A DNA stretch of 64,000 nt from a bacterium (GTDB lineage: Bacteria > Patescibacteriota > Minisyncoccia > Sungbacterales > SURF-37), in assembly GCA_030648055.1 (NCBI GenBank), contig JAUSHI010000004.1:12836-76835 (forward strand), read 5' to 3'. Below, piece by piece: positions 1 through 7,962 of the stretch; within the stretch, counting starts at the first letter, position 1; each line of letters opens with the position of its first letter. Made by a program: the position numbers and the translations under genes. The notes under the pieces were generated by a model, which was given only the letters and a program-made list of their open reading frames with translations, did no database searches and was not told the DNA's origin.

Positions 1-2
1 CG

Positions 3-353
3 GTTTTTGATAGCGATGGAAGCAAGGCTATTTTTTGCACGGATCACGATATAAGTGTGATTTGGCTGAAAGACGAACAATATCAGCCGTTTAGAAAGGC
101 TGGAGACAGGGTGAAAATTATTTCATTCTCCGGAGGAGAGATAACCGATTGCGATTGGTGGGGCGCGGATGAAGAAAATATAATTTTTTCCGCCGGGAAA
201 TTTGTTGGAATTACCGATATTGATACTCGCGGCGGCGGCGTTTCGGCTTCAATTCTTTTTGATGATATAGCCGGCACGGTCAGGTTTGAAAAAAATTCCG
301 GCAATATTTTACGAAGCGAAAAGAGTTTTCTTTTCAGCACTAAATTATATTAA
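3..353 (+). CDS. hypothetical protein, probably 5'-truncated by the window edge
   Basis: The frame of track ORF 57..353 stays open back to base 3. No motif recognised. Followed by hairpin terminator 386..408. Confidence 0.4.
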   Translation, partial: VFDSDGSKAIFCTDHDISVIWLKDEQYQPFRKAGDRVKIISFSGGEITDCDWWGADEENIIFSAGKFVGITDIDTRGGGVSASILFDDIAGTVRFEKNSGNILRSEKSFLFSTKLY

Positions 354-385
354 GGTTCAAGTTTCCAGAGATTTTAAAATAAAGC

Positions 386-408
386 AAAAGCCCCCAGTGG
401 GGGCTTTT
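386..408. terminator. bidirectional rho-independent-type hairpin between convergent genes
   Basis: AAAAGCCCCC-AGT-GGGGGCTTTT, a perfect 10-bp stem flanked by A and T runs. Confidence 0.75.
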
Positions 409-464
409 GTAATTTGCTTACTTCAAATTTCTTTAGCAGGAAAAATTTTGGGATGGCGAACTAC

Positions 465-526
465 CTTTTCGCCATAATTCGCCAAAGGCGGGCGGGTGAC
501 GCTAAGCCTTGCTTAGCGTTTAGCCC
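465..526. repeat. 62-nt structured repeat, copy 1, overlapping the last codons and stop of rpsI
   Basis: About 83 percent identical by eye to 44397..44459. Contains hairpin ACGCTAAGC-NTT-GCTTAGCGT and CGCC-AAA-GGCG. Confidence 0.7.
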
Positions 527-1091
527 ACTGTGGAGCTCTGCGTGCGCCTTTAAGTCCGAATTTTTTGCGCTCTTTCATGCGGGAGTCCCTGGTAAGAAAG
601 TTGGCACGTTTGAGGCGTTTTCTGAAGTCCTGGTTGAATTTAACAAGCGCTCGTGATATACCGTGGCGGAATGCTTCGGCCTGCGCGTGTATTCCCCCCC
701 CATGGATATTAGCTGTTACGCGAAAGCGTTCAAATGATTTCATTTTTTTGAGTGGGTCTTCAGGAATAAGAAAAAGACTCGGGTATTGGAAATAAGCGTG
801 ATATTCTTTGCCGTTAACCCACATTCCCTTCTCCCCCCTGGTGAAAAGACGGACTCGCGCGATAGCCGTTTTTCTTCGCCCGACCGCTTCCCAGTAGCGT
901 CCGCTGTTCTCTATTTGGGCCGTTGATTCGGGGATGGTTACCTCTTCAGCTTCTTCTTTAGCGGGCTTGACGGCCGCTTCTTTTTCCGGAACCTTAATAA
1001 CCTCCTCTGCTTTTTGGAGTTTCTTTTTTACAGGTTTCGTCTTCTTAATTTCCTTTTTTTCTTTTACTTTTGGTTTAGCTTTTGGCGGCAT
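513..1091 (-). CDS. rpsI: 30S ribosomal protein S9 with a roughly 60-aa Lys/Glu-rich N-terminal extension
   Basis: GRRKTAIARVRLF...GGGIHAQAEAFRHGISRAL...RAPQWAKR is a typical S9 core and C-terminus. Sits downstream of rplM. Confidence 0.95.
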   Translation of the reverse strand: MPPKAKPKVKEKKEIKKTKPVKKKLQKAEEVIKVPEKEAAVKPAKEEAEEVTIPESTAQIENSGRYWEAVGRRKTAIARVRLFTRGEKGMWVNGKEYHAYFQYPSLFLIPEDPLKKMKSFERFRVTANIHGGGIHAQAEAFRHGISRALVKFNQDFRKRLKRANFLTRDSRMKERKKFGLKGARRAPQWAKR

Positions 1092-1098
1092 AATAAGG

Positions 1099-1455
1099 TT
1101 ATTTTTCAGAACCTTTATAGAGGATAAGATTTTTCATACGTTCTTTCAAAAGACGGTTTTTGGGCAACATTCCCCGCACTGCCCGTTTTAAGACCTCTCT
1201 TGAGTCGCTTTTAAAAAGTTCTCCGGCTGTTTTTTTGCGAAGATGACCGATAACTCCAGTGTGGTGGTAATATATTTTCTGCGCGAATTTTCTGCCGGTG
1301 AAAACCAATTTGTCGGTATTTGTTACAACGACTTTTTGCCCCTCTACTTTATACGCGCGGAAGCTACTTTTATTTTTATTCTGAAGAAGCAGAGCAATTT
1401 GGCTCGCAACTCTCCCCACACTTTTTTCGGAAACATCCATGTTAATCGTGCTCAT
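1099..1455 (-). CDS. rplM: 50S ribosomal protein L13
   Basis: VGRVASQIALLLQNK...YYHHTGVIGHL...AVRGMLPKN. ATG at 1455 avoids overlap with rplQ; the track ORF extends to a TTG at 1512. Confidence 0.9.
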   Translation of the reverse strand: MSTINMDVSEKSVGRVASQIALLLQNKNKSSFRAYKVEGQKVVVTNTDKLVFTGRKFAQKIYYHHTGVIGHLRKKTAGELFKSDSREVLKRAVRGMLPKNRLLKERMKNLILYKGSEK

Positions 1456-1459
1456 AAGT

Positions 1460-1807
1460 TTATGTAAGCTCCAATATGGCAAGTTTTGCCGAATCACTTT
1501 TTCGTGGGCCAATTTTGGTGATTCGCGTAAACCCTCCGTGGCGTTTATGATATTTTGGGGCTATTTCTTTTACCAGCTTCGGAATGATGCGCGCGGGAAG
1601 CAGGCTATAAAGCCTTCTTGTTGTGGCAAGGTTTTGCGTTTTGGCTTGGCTGATGATTCTTTCAATCATTGGCTGCAACTCTTTTGCTTTTGCCTCGGTG
1701 GTTGTGATTTTACCGGAATGGAGAAAAGAATACGCTAAATTGCGAAGGAGAAATTCCCGTTTCTTTTTTTCACGCCCGAATTTTCTCCCCTTCTTTAAAT
1801 GGCGCAT
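1460..1807 (-). CDS. rplQ: 50S ribosomal protein L17
   Basis: MRHLKKGRKFGR...TTTEAKAKELQPMIERIIS. Position directly after rpoA. Confidence 0.93.
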   Translation of the reverse strand: MRHLKKGRKFGREKKKREFLLRNLAYSFLHSGKITTTEAKAKELQPMIERIISQAKTQNLATTRRLYSLLPARIIPKLVKEIAPKYHKRHGGFTRITKIGPRKSDSAKLAILELT

Positions 1808-1810
1808 GAA

Positions 1811-2779
1811 TTATTGTTTAAGGGTAATGCCGAGGTTTCCAAGAGCTTTTTTAATTTCTTGTATGCCCTTATCTCCAAGCCCCTCTATTTCTTTCAATTT
1901 CTTATCGCTCTTTTTTAATAGTTGGCCTACGGTTTTGATGCCCGCGCCGTTCATCGCGTTTAAAACCCTGGTTGAAAATTCAAGTTCATCTATTTTCTTT
2001 TTTGATACGGAGTTTTCGTATGATTCTTCTCTTGATTCTGTTTCTGCCTGCATGGTTTCTTCTTGGCGCGATGTCCGGCTCTCATATTCGCTTCTTTCTG
2101 AAAAAGCGCCGGAAAGAGCCTCAAACTGGCCGACAAGAATTTGTGCGGCTTTGGTAAAAGCGCTTTTTGGGGATATGGAACCGTCAGTCTCAATATTAAA
2201 ACGGACGCGGTTGTAATCTGTTCTGTCTCCCACCCGCATATTTTCCACTTCAAAATTAACCACTCTGACAGGAGAGAAAGAAGAGTCAAGCGCGACGGTT
2301 CCAATCGCCACTTTTTCCTTTGACCTAGTCTCAACCGGCTGGTAGCCAAGTCCAGTTTCAACAGTCAGTTCCATGCTGAGCACAGCCTTTTTATCTGTAG
2401 CGGTGGCGATGTGCAGGTTGGGATTTACGACTTCAAGCTGGGAGGGTGTTTTTATGTCACGGGCAGTAATTTCTTTTTCGCCCTTTATGCTGATGGTTGC
2501 GGTGTTGGACCCTTCGCCGTGCATTTTGAAACGGACCTGCTTTAAATTGAGCGATAACTCAATTACGTCTTCTAAAATTCCAGGGACCGTTGAAAACTCA
2601 TGGTTTATGCCTTCTATTCTATATGACACTATAGCCGCGCCCTCAAGGGAGGAAAGAAGTGTTCTGCGCATGGCGTTGCCAAGTGTTGTGCCGTAGCCCG
2701 GATAGAGGCCTTCAATTTCATAAATACCGCGATTTTCTTCTTCAAGAATAATTTTGGGTTGTTCTGGGGGTGGAATCAT
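1811..2779 (-). CDS. rpoA: DNA-directed RNA polymerase subunit alpha
   Basis: N-terminal domain (YGTTLGNAMRRTLLSS) and C-terminal domain (ELEFSTRVLNAMNGAGIKTVGQLL). Conserved operon position. Confidence 0.95.
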   Translation of the reverse strand: MIPPPEQPKIILEEENRGIYEIEGLYPGYGTTLGNAMRRTLLSSLEGAAIVSYRIEGINHEFSTVPGILEDVIELSLNLKQVRFKMHGEGSNTATISIKGEKEITARDIKTPSQLEVVNPNLHIATATDKKAVLSMELTVETGLGYQPVETRSKEKVAIGTVALDSSFSPVRVVNFEVENMRVGDRTDYNRVRFNIETDGSISPKSAFTKAAQILVGQFEALSGAFSERSEYESRTSRQEETMQAETESREESYENSVSKKKIDELEFSTRVLNAMNGAGIKTVGQLLKKSDKKLKEIEGLGDKGIQEIKKALGNLGITLKQ

Positions 2780-2825
2780 AAAAATTAATAAGTTAATAAT
2801 TTAATTTCTTAAAAATGAAAAGACA

Positions 2826-3455
2826 TTATTTTGAATAATATTCCACAACAAGCGGCATGTTTTGTTGCGTCATTGTGTCTCCAATATTGGGCAGGCGGAC
2901 AACCCTTCCCTCGTGCTTGTTGTCTGCTAACTCAAGCCATTCCGGCGGGATGTATTTCTTTAATCTTGCGTTAAGATCTTGATATAAAGGTGATGACAGT
3001 TCCGATTCTTTCAAAGCAATCGCGTCCCCTATTCTTACTCTTAATGAGGGCTGACGCACACGTTTGCCATTAACTAAAATATGTCCGTGGCTGACAAGGT
3101 GTCTTGCAACGCTTCTTGAAATTGTGAAGCCAAACCGGAAAACTACATTATCAAGCCTTCGTTCCAGAAGCTCGGCAATGGTATCGGCAGTTGATTTTCC
3201 TTTATTTGCCAGCGCCTCTGTGTAATATTTTTTAAGCTTGCCGTTATTTATTCCGTAGATATATCTGACCTTTTGTTTTTCTTTCAATTGTACCCCATAT
3301 TCCGAGCGGCCGCGCCTTTTTTTCTTTCCGTGAACCCCCGGTGGATACGGACGTTTTACTATCGCGCTTTTTTGCGAAAAACTTCTCTCGCCTTTAAGGA
3401 AGAGTTTTTCGCCGATTCTTCTTTCTAATTTTTCTTTTGGGCGTGAGATGGGCAT
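2826..3455 (-). CDS. rpsD: 30S ribosomal protein S4
   Basis: YGVQLKEKQKVRYIYG...RRLDNVVFRFGF..SRSVARHLVSHGHILVNG, the S4 domain. Confidence 0.95.
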   Translation of the reverse strand: MPISRPKEKLERRIGEKLFLKGERSFSQKSAIVKRPYPPGVHGKKKRRGRSEYGVQLKEKQKVRYIYGINNGKLKKYYTEALANKGKSTADTIAELLERRLDNVVFRFGFTISRSVARHLVSHGHILVNGKRVRQPSLRVRIGDAIALKESELSSPLYQDLNARLKKYIPPEWLELADNKHEGRVVRLPNIGDTMTQQNMPLVVEYYSK

Positions 3456-3498
3456 GAGAATTTTTTCTGCGAGCCGGGCGAGTAGCTGAAAAATTCAG

Positions 3499-3600
3499 CA
3501 CCCAGCCCTCTAAACCGCTTGAGTTCTATTTAAAATAATTTGTAAATTCTTTTTTCATAAACTATATATTTCATCAGCTAAATTGCATAGGGGACTGGGT
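3499..3600. repeat. MITE-like element copy A (102 bp) with terminal inverted repeats, in the rpsK-rpsD spacer
   Basis: CACCCAGCCCTCTA at 3499..3512 faces TAGGGGACTGGGT at 3588..3600 across an AT-rich interior. Ends match copy B at 31615..31720. Confidence 0.65.
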
Positions 3601-3608
3601 CTTCCTCG

Positions 3609-4058
3609 TTACACTCGTCGGACTTTTTTAGGCCGTGGGCCGTTGTGCGGGATAGGAGTAACATCTTTAATAAAACTAATTTCAAGACCATGGTTAGCAA
3701 GAGATCGAATTGCCGATTCCCTGCCGGAGCCGATTCCTTTTACCATAACTATAATCTCTTCCATGCCGACGCGCTTGGCTTTTTCCGTCACAACCTCTGC
3801 CGCTCGCGCCGCGGCGTAAGGAGTCGCTTTTTTTGTGCCTTTAAATCCAAGGGATCCGGCTGATGACCAAGCGATAGCGTTCCCACGCTCGTCGGTTATT
3901 AAAATCATCGTGTTATTGTAGGTAGCCTGAATATGCGCAATACCTTTGCGAATGTGCTCCTTTTTTGATTTTTGCGAAACGGCTTCGGGTGACGGCCCCT
4001 TTTCTGCCTCATCTCCGCCCTCGCCTTCCGCTTTTGCGATGATTCGTTTTTTGCCCAT
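3609..4058 (-). CDS. rpsK: 30S ribosomal protein S11 with an N-terminal extension
   Basis: [45 protein letters not shown]...[10 protein letters not shown]. Confidence 0.93.
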   Translation of the reverse strand: MGKKRIIAKAEGEGGDEAEKGPSPEAVSQKSKKEHIRKGIAHIQATYNNTMILITDERGNAIAWSSAGSLGFKGTKKATPYAAARAAEVVTEKAKRVGMEEIIVMVKGIGSGRESAIRSLANHGLEISFIKDVTPIPHNGPRPKKVRRV

Positions 4059-4190
4059 ATTTTTATAGAAAATCGCTAAAGCTTAATCTCTAAATAAATC
4101 TAAAACCCAAATCTCAAAAACTTTTTGATTTTTTTAATTTTGATATTTGAGCTTGTTTAGGAATTAGGGTTCCGAGATTAAAGGTTCATT

Positions 4191-4577
4191 TTAAGTGGGT
4201 GATGCTGACGGTTTCCTGCCTGAACCCATTGTTTTTCTGACATTTCCTCTTCGTGTGCGCGAATTCGTCTTCGTCCTTTGGCCCCTTACCGGCAAGCCAC
4301 GAATGTGGCGAATCCCGCGATAACTAGCGATGTCACGGAGCCTTTTTATATTCATCATTATCTCGCGTCTGAGTTCTCCTTCAATTTTATAATCCTTTTC
4401 AATTATTTCGCGAAGGCGGTTGACTTCATCCTGTGTTAAATCTTTTGCTAGTTTTTTGGGATCAATCTTAGCGGCCGATATGATTTTTTTAGAAATGCTT
4501 AGGCCTATACCAAAAATATAAGGCAACGCGAAAACTATTTTTTTGTTGTCCGGTATGTTGGTGCCGACGATGCGCAT
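4191..4577 (-). CDS. rpsM: 30S ribosomal protein S13
   Basis: MRIVGTNIPDNKKIVFALPYIFGIG...YRGIRHIRGLPVRGQRTKTNSRT. Confidence 0.95.
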   Translation of the reverse strand: MRIVGTNIPDNKKIVFALPYIFGIGLSISKKIISAAKIDPKKLAKDLTQDEVNRLREIIEKDYKIEGELRREIMMNIKRLRDIASYRGIRHIRGLPVRGQRTKTNSRTRRGNVRKTMGSGRKPSASPT

Positions 4578-4727
4578 GAGTAGTTTACCTCTATGATTAT
4601 TTAAATTAAAATTTTATCCCTATACCTTCTTAAGAATACCCCGTGGTCTTACTGCAAGTTATGAACGGGCGTGAAATTAGTTCCTTCCCGCAGGACCGAT
4701 GTTTTGCGGGAAGGTGTGGGGATTTAT

Positions 4728-4841
4728 TTAACCTTGTCGCTGTTTATGTTTTGGGGTAGAGCAAATAACAAAAATACGACGCTTGCGTCGGATAATTTTG
4801 CACTTTGCGCAAATTTTTTTGACTGACGCCCGAACCTTCAT
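4728..4841 (-). CDS. rpmJ: 50S ribosomal protein L36 (below the ORF-track size cutoff)
   Basis: Manual translation gives [37 protein letters not shown]. Expected slot between infA and rpsM. Confidence 0.9.
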   Translation of the reverse strand: MKVRASVKKICAKCKIIRRKRRIFVICSTPKHKQRQG

Positions 4842-4903
4842 CTGTATATATGATTTTTAACAATTAAATTAAATATGGGCAGGTTGTCGGAATTGAGGCC
4901 GTG

Positions 4904-5119
4904 CTATTTCAGGCGATGGACAATTCTACCCTTGGTTTCATCGTAGGGCGATAATTCAACCCGGATTCTATCCCCAGCAAGTACGCGAATATGATGAACT
5001 CGTAGCCGCCCCGCAAGGTGAGCGATAATTTCCGATCCGTCATCAAGTTTTACGCGAAAAAGAGTGCTCGGGAGCGCTTCTTCAACCACCCCCTCCTTAA
5101 AAATACGGTTTTCAGGCAT
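4904..5119 (-). CDS. infA: translation initiation factor IF-1
   Basis: [32 protein letters not shown]...[12 protein letters not shown] is the S1-like fold. Confidence 0.95.
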   Translation of the reverse strand: MPENRIFKEGVVEEALPSTLFRVKLDDGSEIIAHLAGRLRVHHIRVLAGDRIRVELSPYDETKGRIVHRLK

Positions 5120-5256
5120 ATAAAAGAATCTTAATTAGTTTAGCAGATCGACAATAATTAGTCAATCACGCCATACAATTATTATTAAAAATTAATCATT
5201 TAAACAGAAATTTTGAGTTTTTGCCTTAAAAAATCACGAGTTTATGCTAATTTCAG

Positions 5257-6687
5257 CTATTCAACAGCAGGCAGTTCAATGTTAACTTTTATAGCTTCTG
5301 GGTGTTTTGGGGTTTTCCAGCGCCATAACGGGAAATTATTAATTACAAATCCCGCGATTTCTGGACGGTTCCGCAGATATGCTTCAAGTTCTGAAGTTTT
5401 TTTTGATACTGACGAGGATATTATGTCGTCAACCTGGATATCGCGTACGGCGAGAGCCTCGCCCGCCAATTCAAAACTTAGTTGTCCGTTTTTGACATCA
5501 AGGCGCACTTTTTTATATATTGGTTTTAAAGAATTTTCTAGAATTGTTGATGGCCGGTCCGGTGAAAGAAGTACTTTACCCAAGAGCGCCAGAAGGTCCG
5601 ATTTTTTAAAATAAATCATTTGTGCCACACCGGAAGAACTTACTGAAAAATTATCTTTATGCTCATCCGGTTTGGGATTTTGCATATCCGTTATCATGAT
5701 GTTTCGGGAGCCCTCAAGCGATATAAAATCTTGACCAGCTTGAGTGCTTTCGCTTAGCGCCGCTTTTAATTGTTCAAATAGCGCTTGCGATACTTTTTCT
5801 TGAGCGTTTTTAATATCGGCAGTAGTTATTACACTCGCCTGTCCTTTAAATCCGCCGGAAAATTGATCATTTAACTTGGCATAAAACGCGGTATATTTGG
5901 GCGTTCCTTTAAATCCGGGGATGCTGAAGTTTGTCGGCGCGATGTTATAGTCCTCACCAGCTTTGTCGGCTATAACATCGGATACAATAGAGCTTGGGAT
6001 GATTTTTCCTTCCTCAACTTTAGCGCCTGGAATTGTAACGCTTTTTACTAATTTGAAAGTCTTAGCATCTGGGGTTACAAAACGCGTACCGGCCACAAGC
6101 GCCTGGGGGGCGGAACTGTAGGCGTTGAATACGGTTATTCGTCCCCTGGCGTAATCTTCCACATATTTTTTACCAGAAGATGTAAAAGTTTCCTGGTAAG
6201 TTTTTTTAATTTCAATTTTAAGGGCTGGCAATTTTTTTGCTTCCAGATTTAACGCCAGTATTTTTGCATCGGCGGTAATGGTTATAGATGACATGGATAT
6301 TTGGGCGGAAACCGGCCTTAAGGTAATAGTTAATTTCGCGAATACGGTGCTTAAAATAATAAACAAAACAGAAATAGCGGCCAATAAGATAAAAATCCAC
6401 GACCGTTTGCTTGTACTGATGTTTTTTAAGTAAAAGAACGAACTAATTTTTGGCCTCCATTTCTTTATTGTAAGTTCGGGTAAGACATCCAAATTTTCAT
6501 TTTTTAGTGTCGACTGAAGCTGCGGTTCTTCCTGCTTAATCTCCTTTTTAGGGGCCTTAAGGGGGTTAAAAATTTCCGTGCGCTGTTTTTGCGCCACCTT
6601 TTTCGGGATAATATCCTGGATAATTATTTTTTTTCTTGCTTCACCGGTTCTGGCAGGCGAAACTATCTTTTTTAAAAATTCGCTCAT
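5257..6687 (-). CDS. hypothetical membrane-anchored protein (basic N-terminus, one TM, large extracytoplasmic domain)
   Basis: Long ORF with TM segment WIFILLAAISVLFIILSTVF. Likely co-oriented operon partner of the upstream actin-fold ATPase. No motif recognised. Confidence 0.7.
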   Translation of the reverse strand: MSEFLKKIVSPARTGEARKKIIIQDIIPKKVAQKQRTEIFNPLKAPKKEIKQEEPQLQSTLKNENLDVLPELTIKKWRPKISSFFYLKNISTSKRSWIFILLAAISVLFIILSTVFAKLTITLRPVSAQISMSSITITADAKILALNLEAKKLPALKIEIKKTYQETFTSSGKKYVEDYARGRITVFNAYSSAPQALVAGTRFVTPDAKTFKLVKSVTIPGAKVEEGKIIPSSIVSDVIADKAGEDYNIAPTNFSIPGFKGTPKYTAFYAKLNDQFSGGFKGQASVITTADIKNAQEKVSQALFEQLKAALSESTQAGQDFISLEGSRNIMITDMQNPKPDEHKDNFSVSSSGVAQMIYFKKSDLLALLGKVLLSPDRPSTILENSLKPIYKKVRLDVKNGQLSFELAGEALAVRDIQVDDIISSSVSKKTSELEAYLRNRPEIAGFVINNFPLWRWKTPKHPEAIKVNIELPAVE

Positions 6688-6715
6688 TTTAGCGTTTTTT
6701 AGAGATTAAAAGGTT

Positions 6716-7873
6716 TCAAGCTATTATCATTAAAACGAGAGCCGCAAGGCCCACGTCTTCCGGGCCGCGAAGTGGCTGATTCACGAAAAGACCCATGGTT
6801 AGATCTTCCGCAGCAAGCAATTTAACTTCTACAGATTCTTTATACGTTAAATCTCTTGCCCAAGTTTTTTCTTCCAATAATTTTCGTATCGCCGTAAGTT
6901 TTGCTCCGCCCCCATAAAGATAAATTTTTTCCGGAAGCAGAAATTGTTTGCTGAGTATAAGTTTACGAAGTTCCGCGATCCAATTTTCCGCAGTGGTGTT
7001 GATTATTTTTTTTGCTGGATCGGTTATGTTTTCAGGCATAATGAACGTCTCGTATTGCTTTTTTATGTCCTCAGCTCTTGGTAAGGTTATTTTAAGAGAG
7101 TTCGCGATATTTTTTGTGATATCTTCGCCGCCCACCGAGAACGATTCGGTCCAGATAAGTACGCCTTCTTTTACGCCCGAAACCTCGGTTATTTTCCCTC
7201 CGATTTTAATGAGTAAAAAATCCGTTTTGGGATTTTTATAAATTAGAAAAGCCGCCACAGCCATATGGCTCGGTCTTACATTTATGGAAAGACCGCTTAA
7301 CATTTTTTTAAGCCCTTCAATTTCTTGCCAAAGATCGTCGCGAGCATAATTAAGTGATATATGCAATTTAATTGTTGAGCCGTAAATTTTCCGGAGCTGG
7401 CGCGGGTCTAGGTCATAGCCGTCTATTGTAAGGTGGACTGGTTCGGCATGAGCTAGGACAAATTTTTCAGAATTTCTTTCCAGGTCTTTATGGTCTTCAA
7501 CGAATTGATTTAAAATTTCGTTGATTTCCTCTGGTTTAATGCTTTTGTTTTTGTCTTTTCTTACACGCTCGGCCTCTCCGAGAGTATTAAATGTAAGGTT
7601 GGAGGCTACCCCCAAAAGAACTTCATCTGGCACATTGCCCATTTTTCTGATATAGCGAAGGATTATTTCTCTCAGGCGTGTTACTGTTTTTAACGCGGTT
7701 CCGTCGTTTGTTTCTGTTGACGGAAGAAGCGAGATATTTTTTTTAAGCCCGATAGCGCCCTCCGGCCCATATTCCAGAGAAAGTGAGCGTATTGAATGGG
7801 TGCCTACGTCAAAAGCAAGATAAAGCTTATTTTTCTTTTTTGCGAAAAATAGGTTGCGAAGCGACATCATCAC
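6716..7873 (-). CDS. FtsA/PilM-like actin-fold (ASKHA) ATPase
   Basis: LAFDVGTHSIRS (phosphate 1), IKIGGKITEV, YLYGGGAKL (adenosine motif). Cannot separate FtsA from PilM by eye. Confidence 0.7.
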   Translation of the reverse strand: MMMSLRNLFFAKKKNKLYLAFDVGTHSIRSLSLEYGPEGAIGLKKNISLLPSTETNDGTALKTVTRLREIILRYIRKMGNVPDEVLLGVASNLTFNTLGEAERVRKDKNKSIKPEEINEILNQFVEDHKDLERNSEKFVLAHAEPVHLTIDGYDLDPRQLRKIYGSTIKLHISLNYARDDLWQEIEGLKKMLSGLSINVRPSHMAVAAFLIYKNPKTDFLLIKIGGKITEVSGVKEGVLIWTESFSVGGEDITKNIANSLKITLPRAEDIKKQYETFIMPENITDPAKKIINTTAENWIAELRKLILSKQFLLPEKIYLYGGGAKLTAIRKLLEEKTWARDLTYKESVEVKLLAAEDLTMGLFVNQPLRGPEDVGLAALVLMIIA

Positions 7874-7962
7874 GGTTTAATTGTACCAAAATTAAGAAAT
7901 CCGACAAAGTAGCGGGCATGGTGGTGGGCGTTTCTATCTTTTTTCAATATTTTGCCGAGTAA

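Noticed and set aside
4713-4728. The 16-nt string GGTGTGGGGATTTATT is shared with 61774..61789, next to the hairpin CCCCACACCTAT-TAT-ATAGGTGTGGGG at 61755..61781.
   Set aside because: A single shared 16-mer is roughly what chance predicts for all-against-all comparison on both strands in 64 kb. There is no extended similarity.
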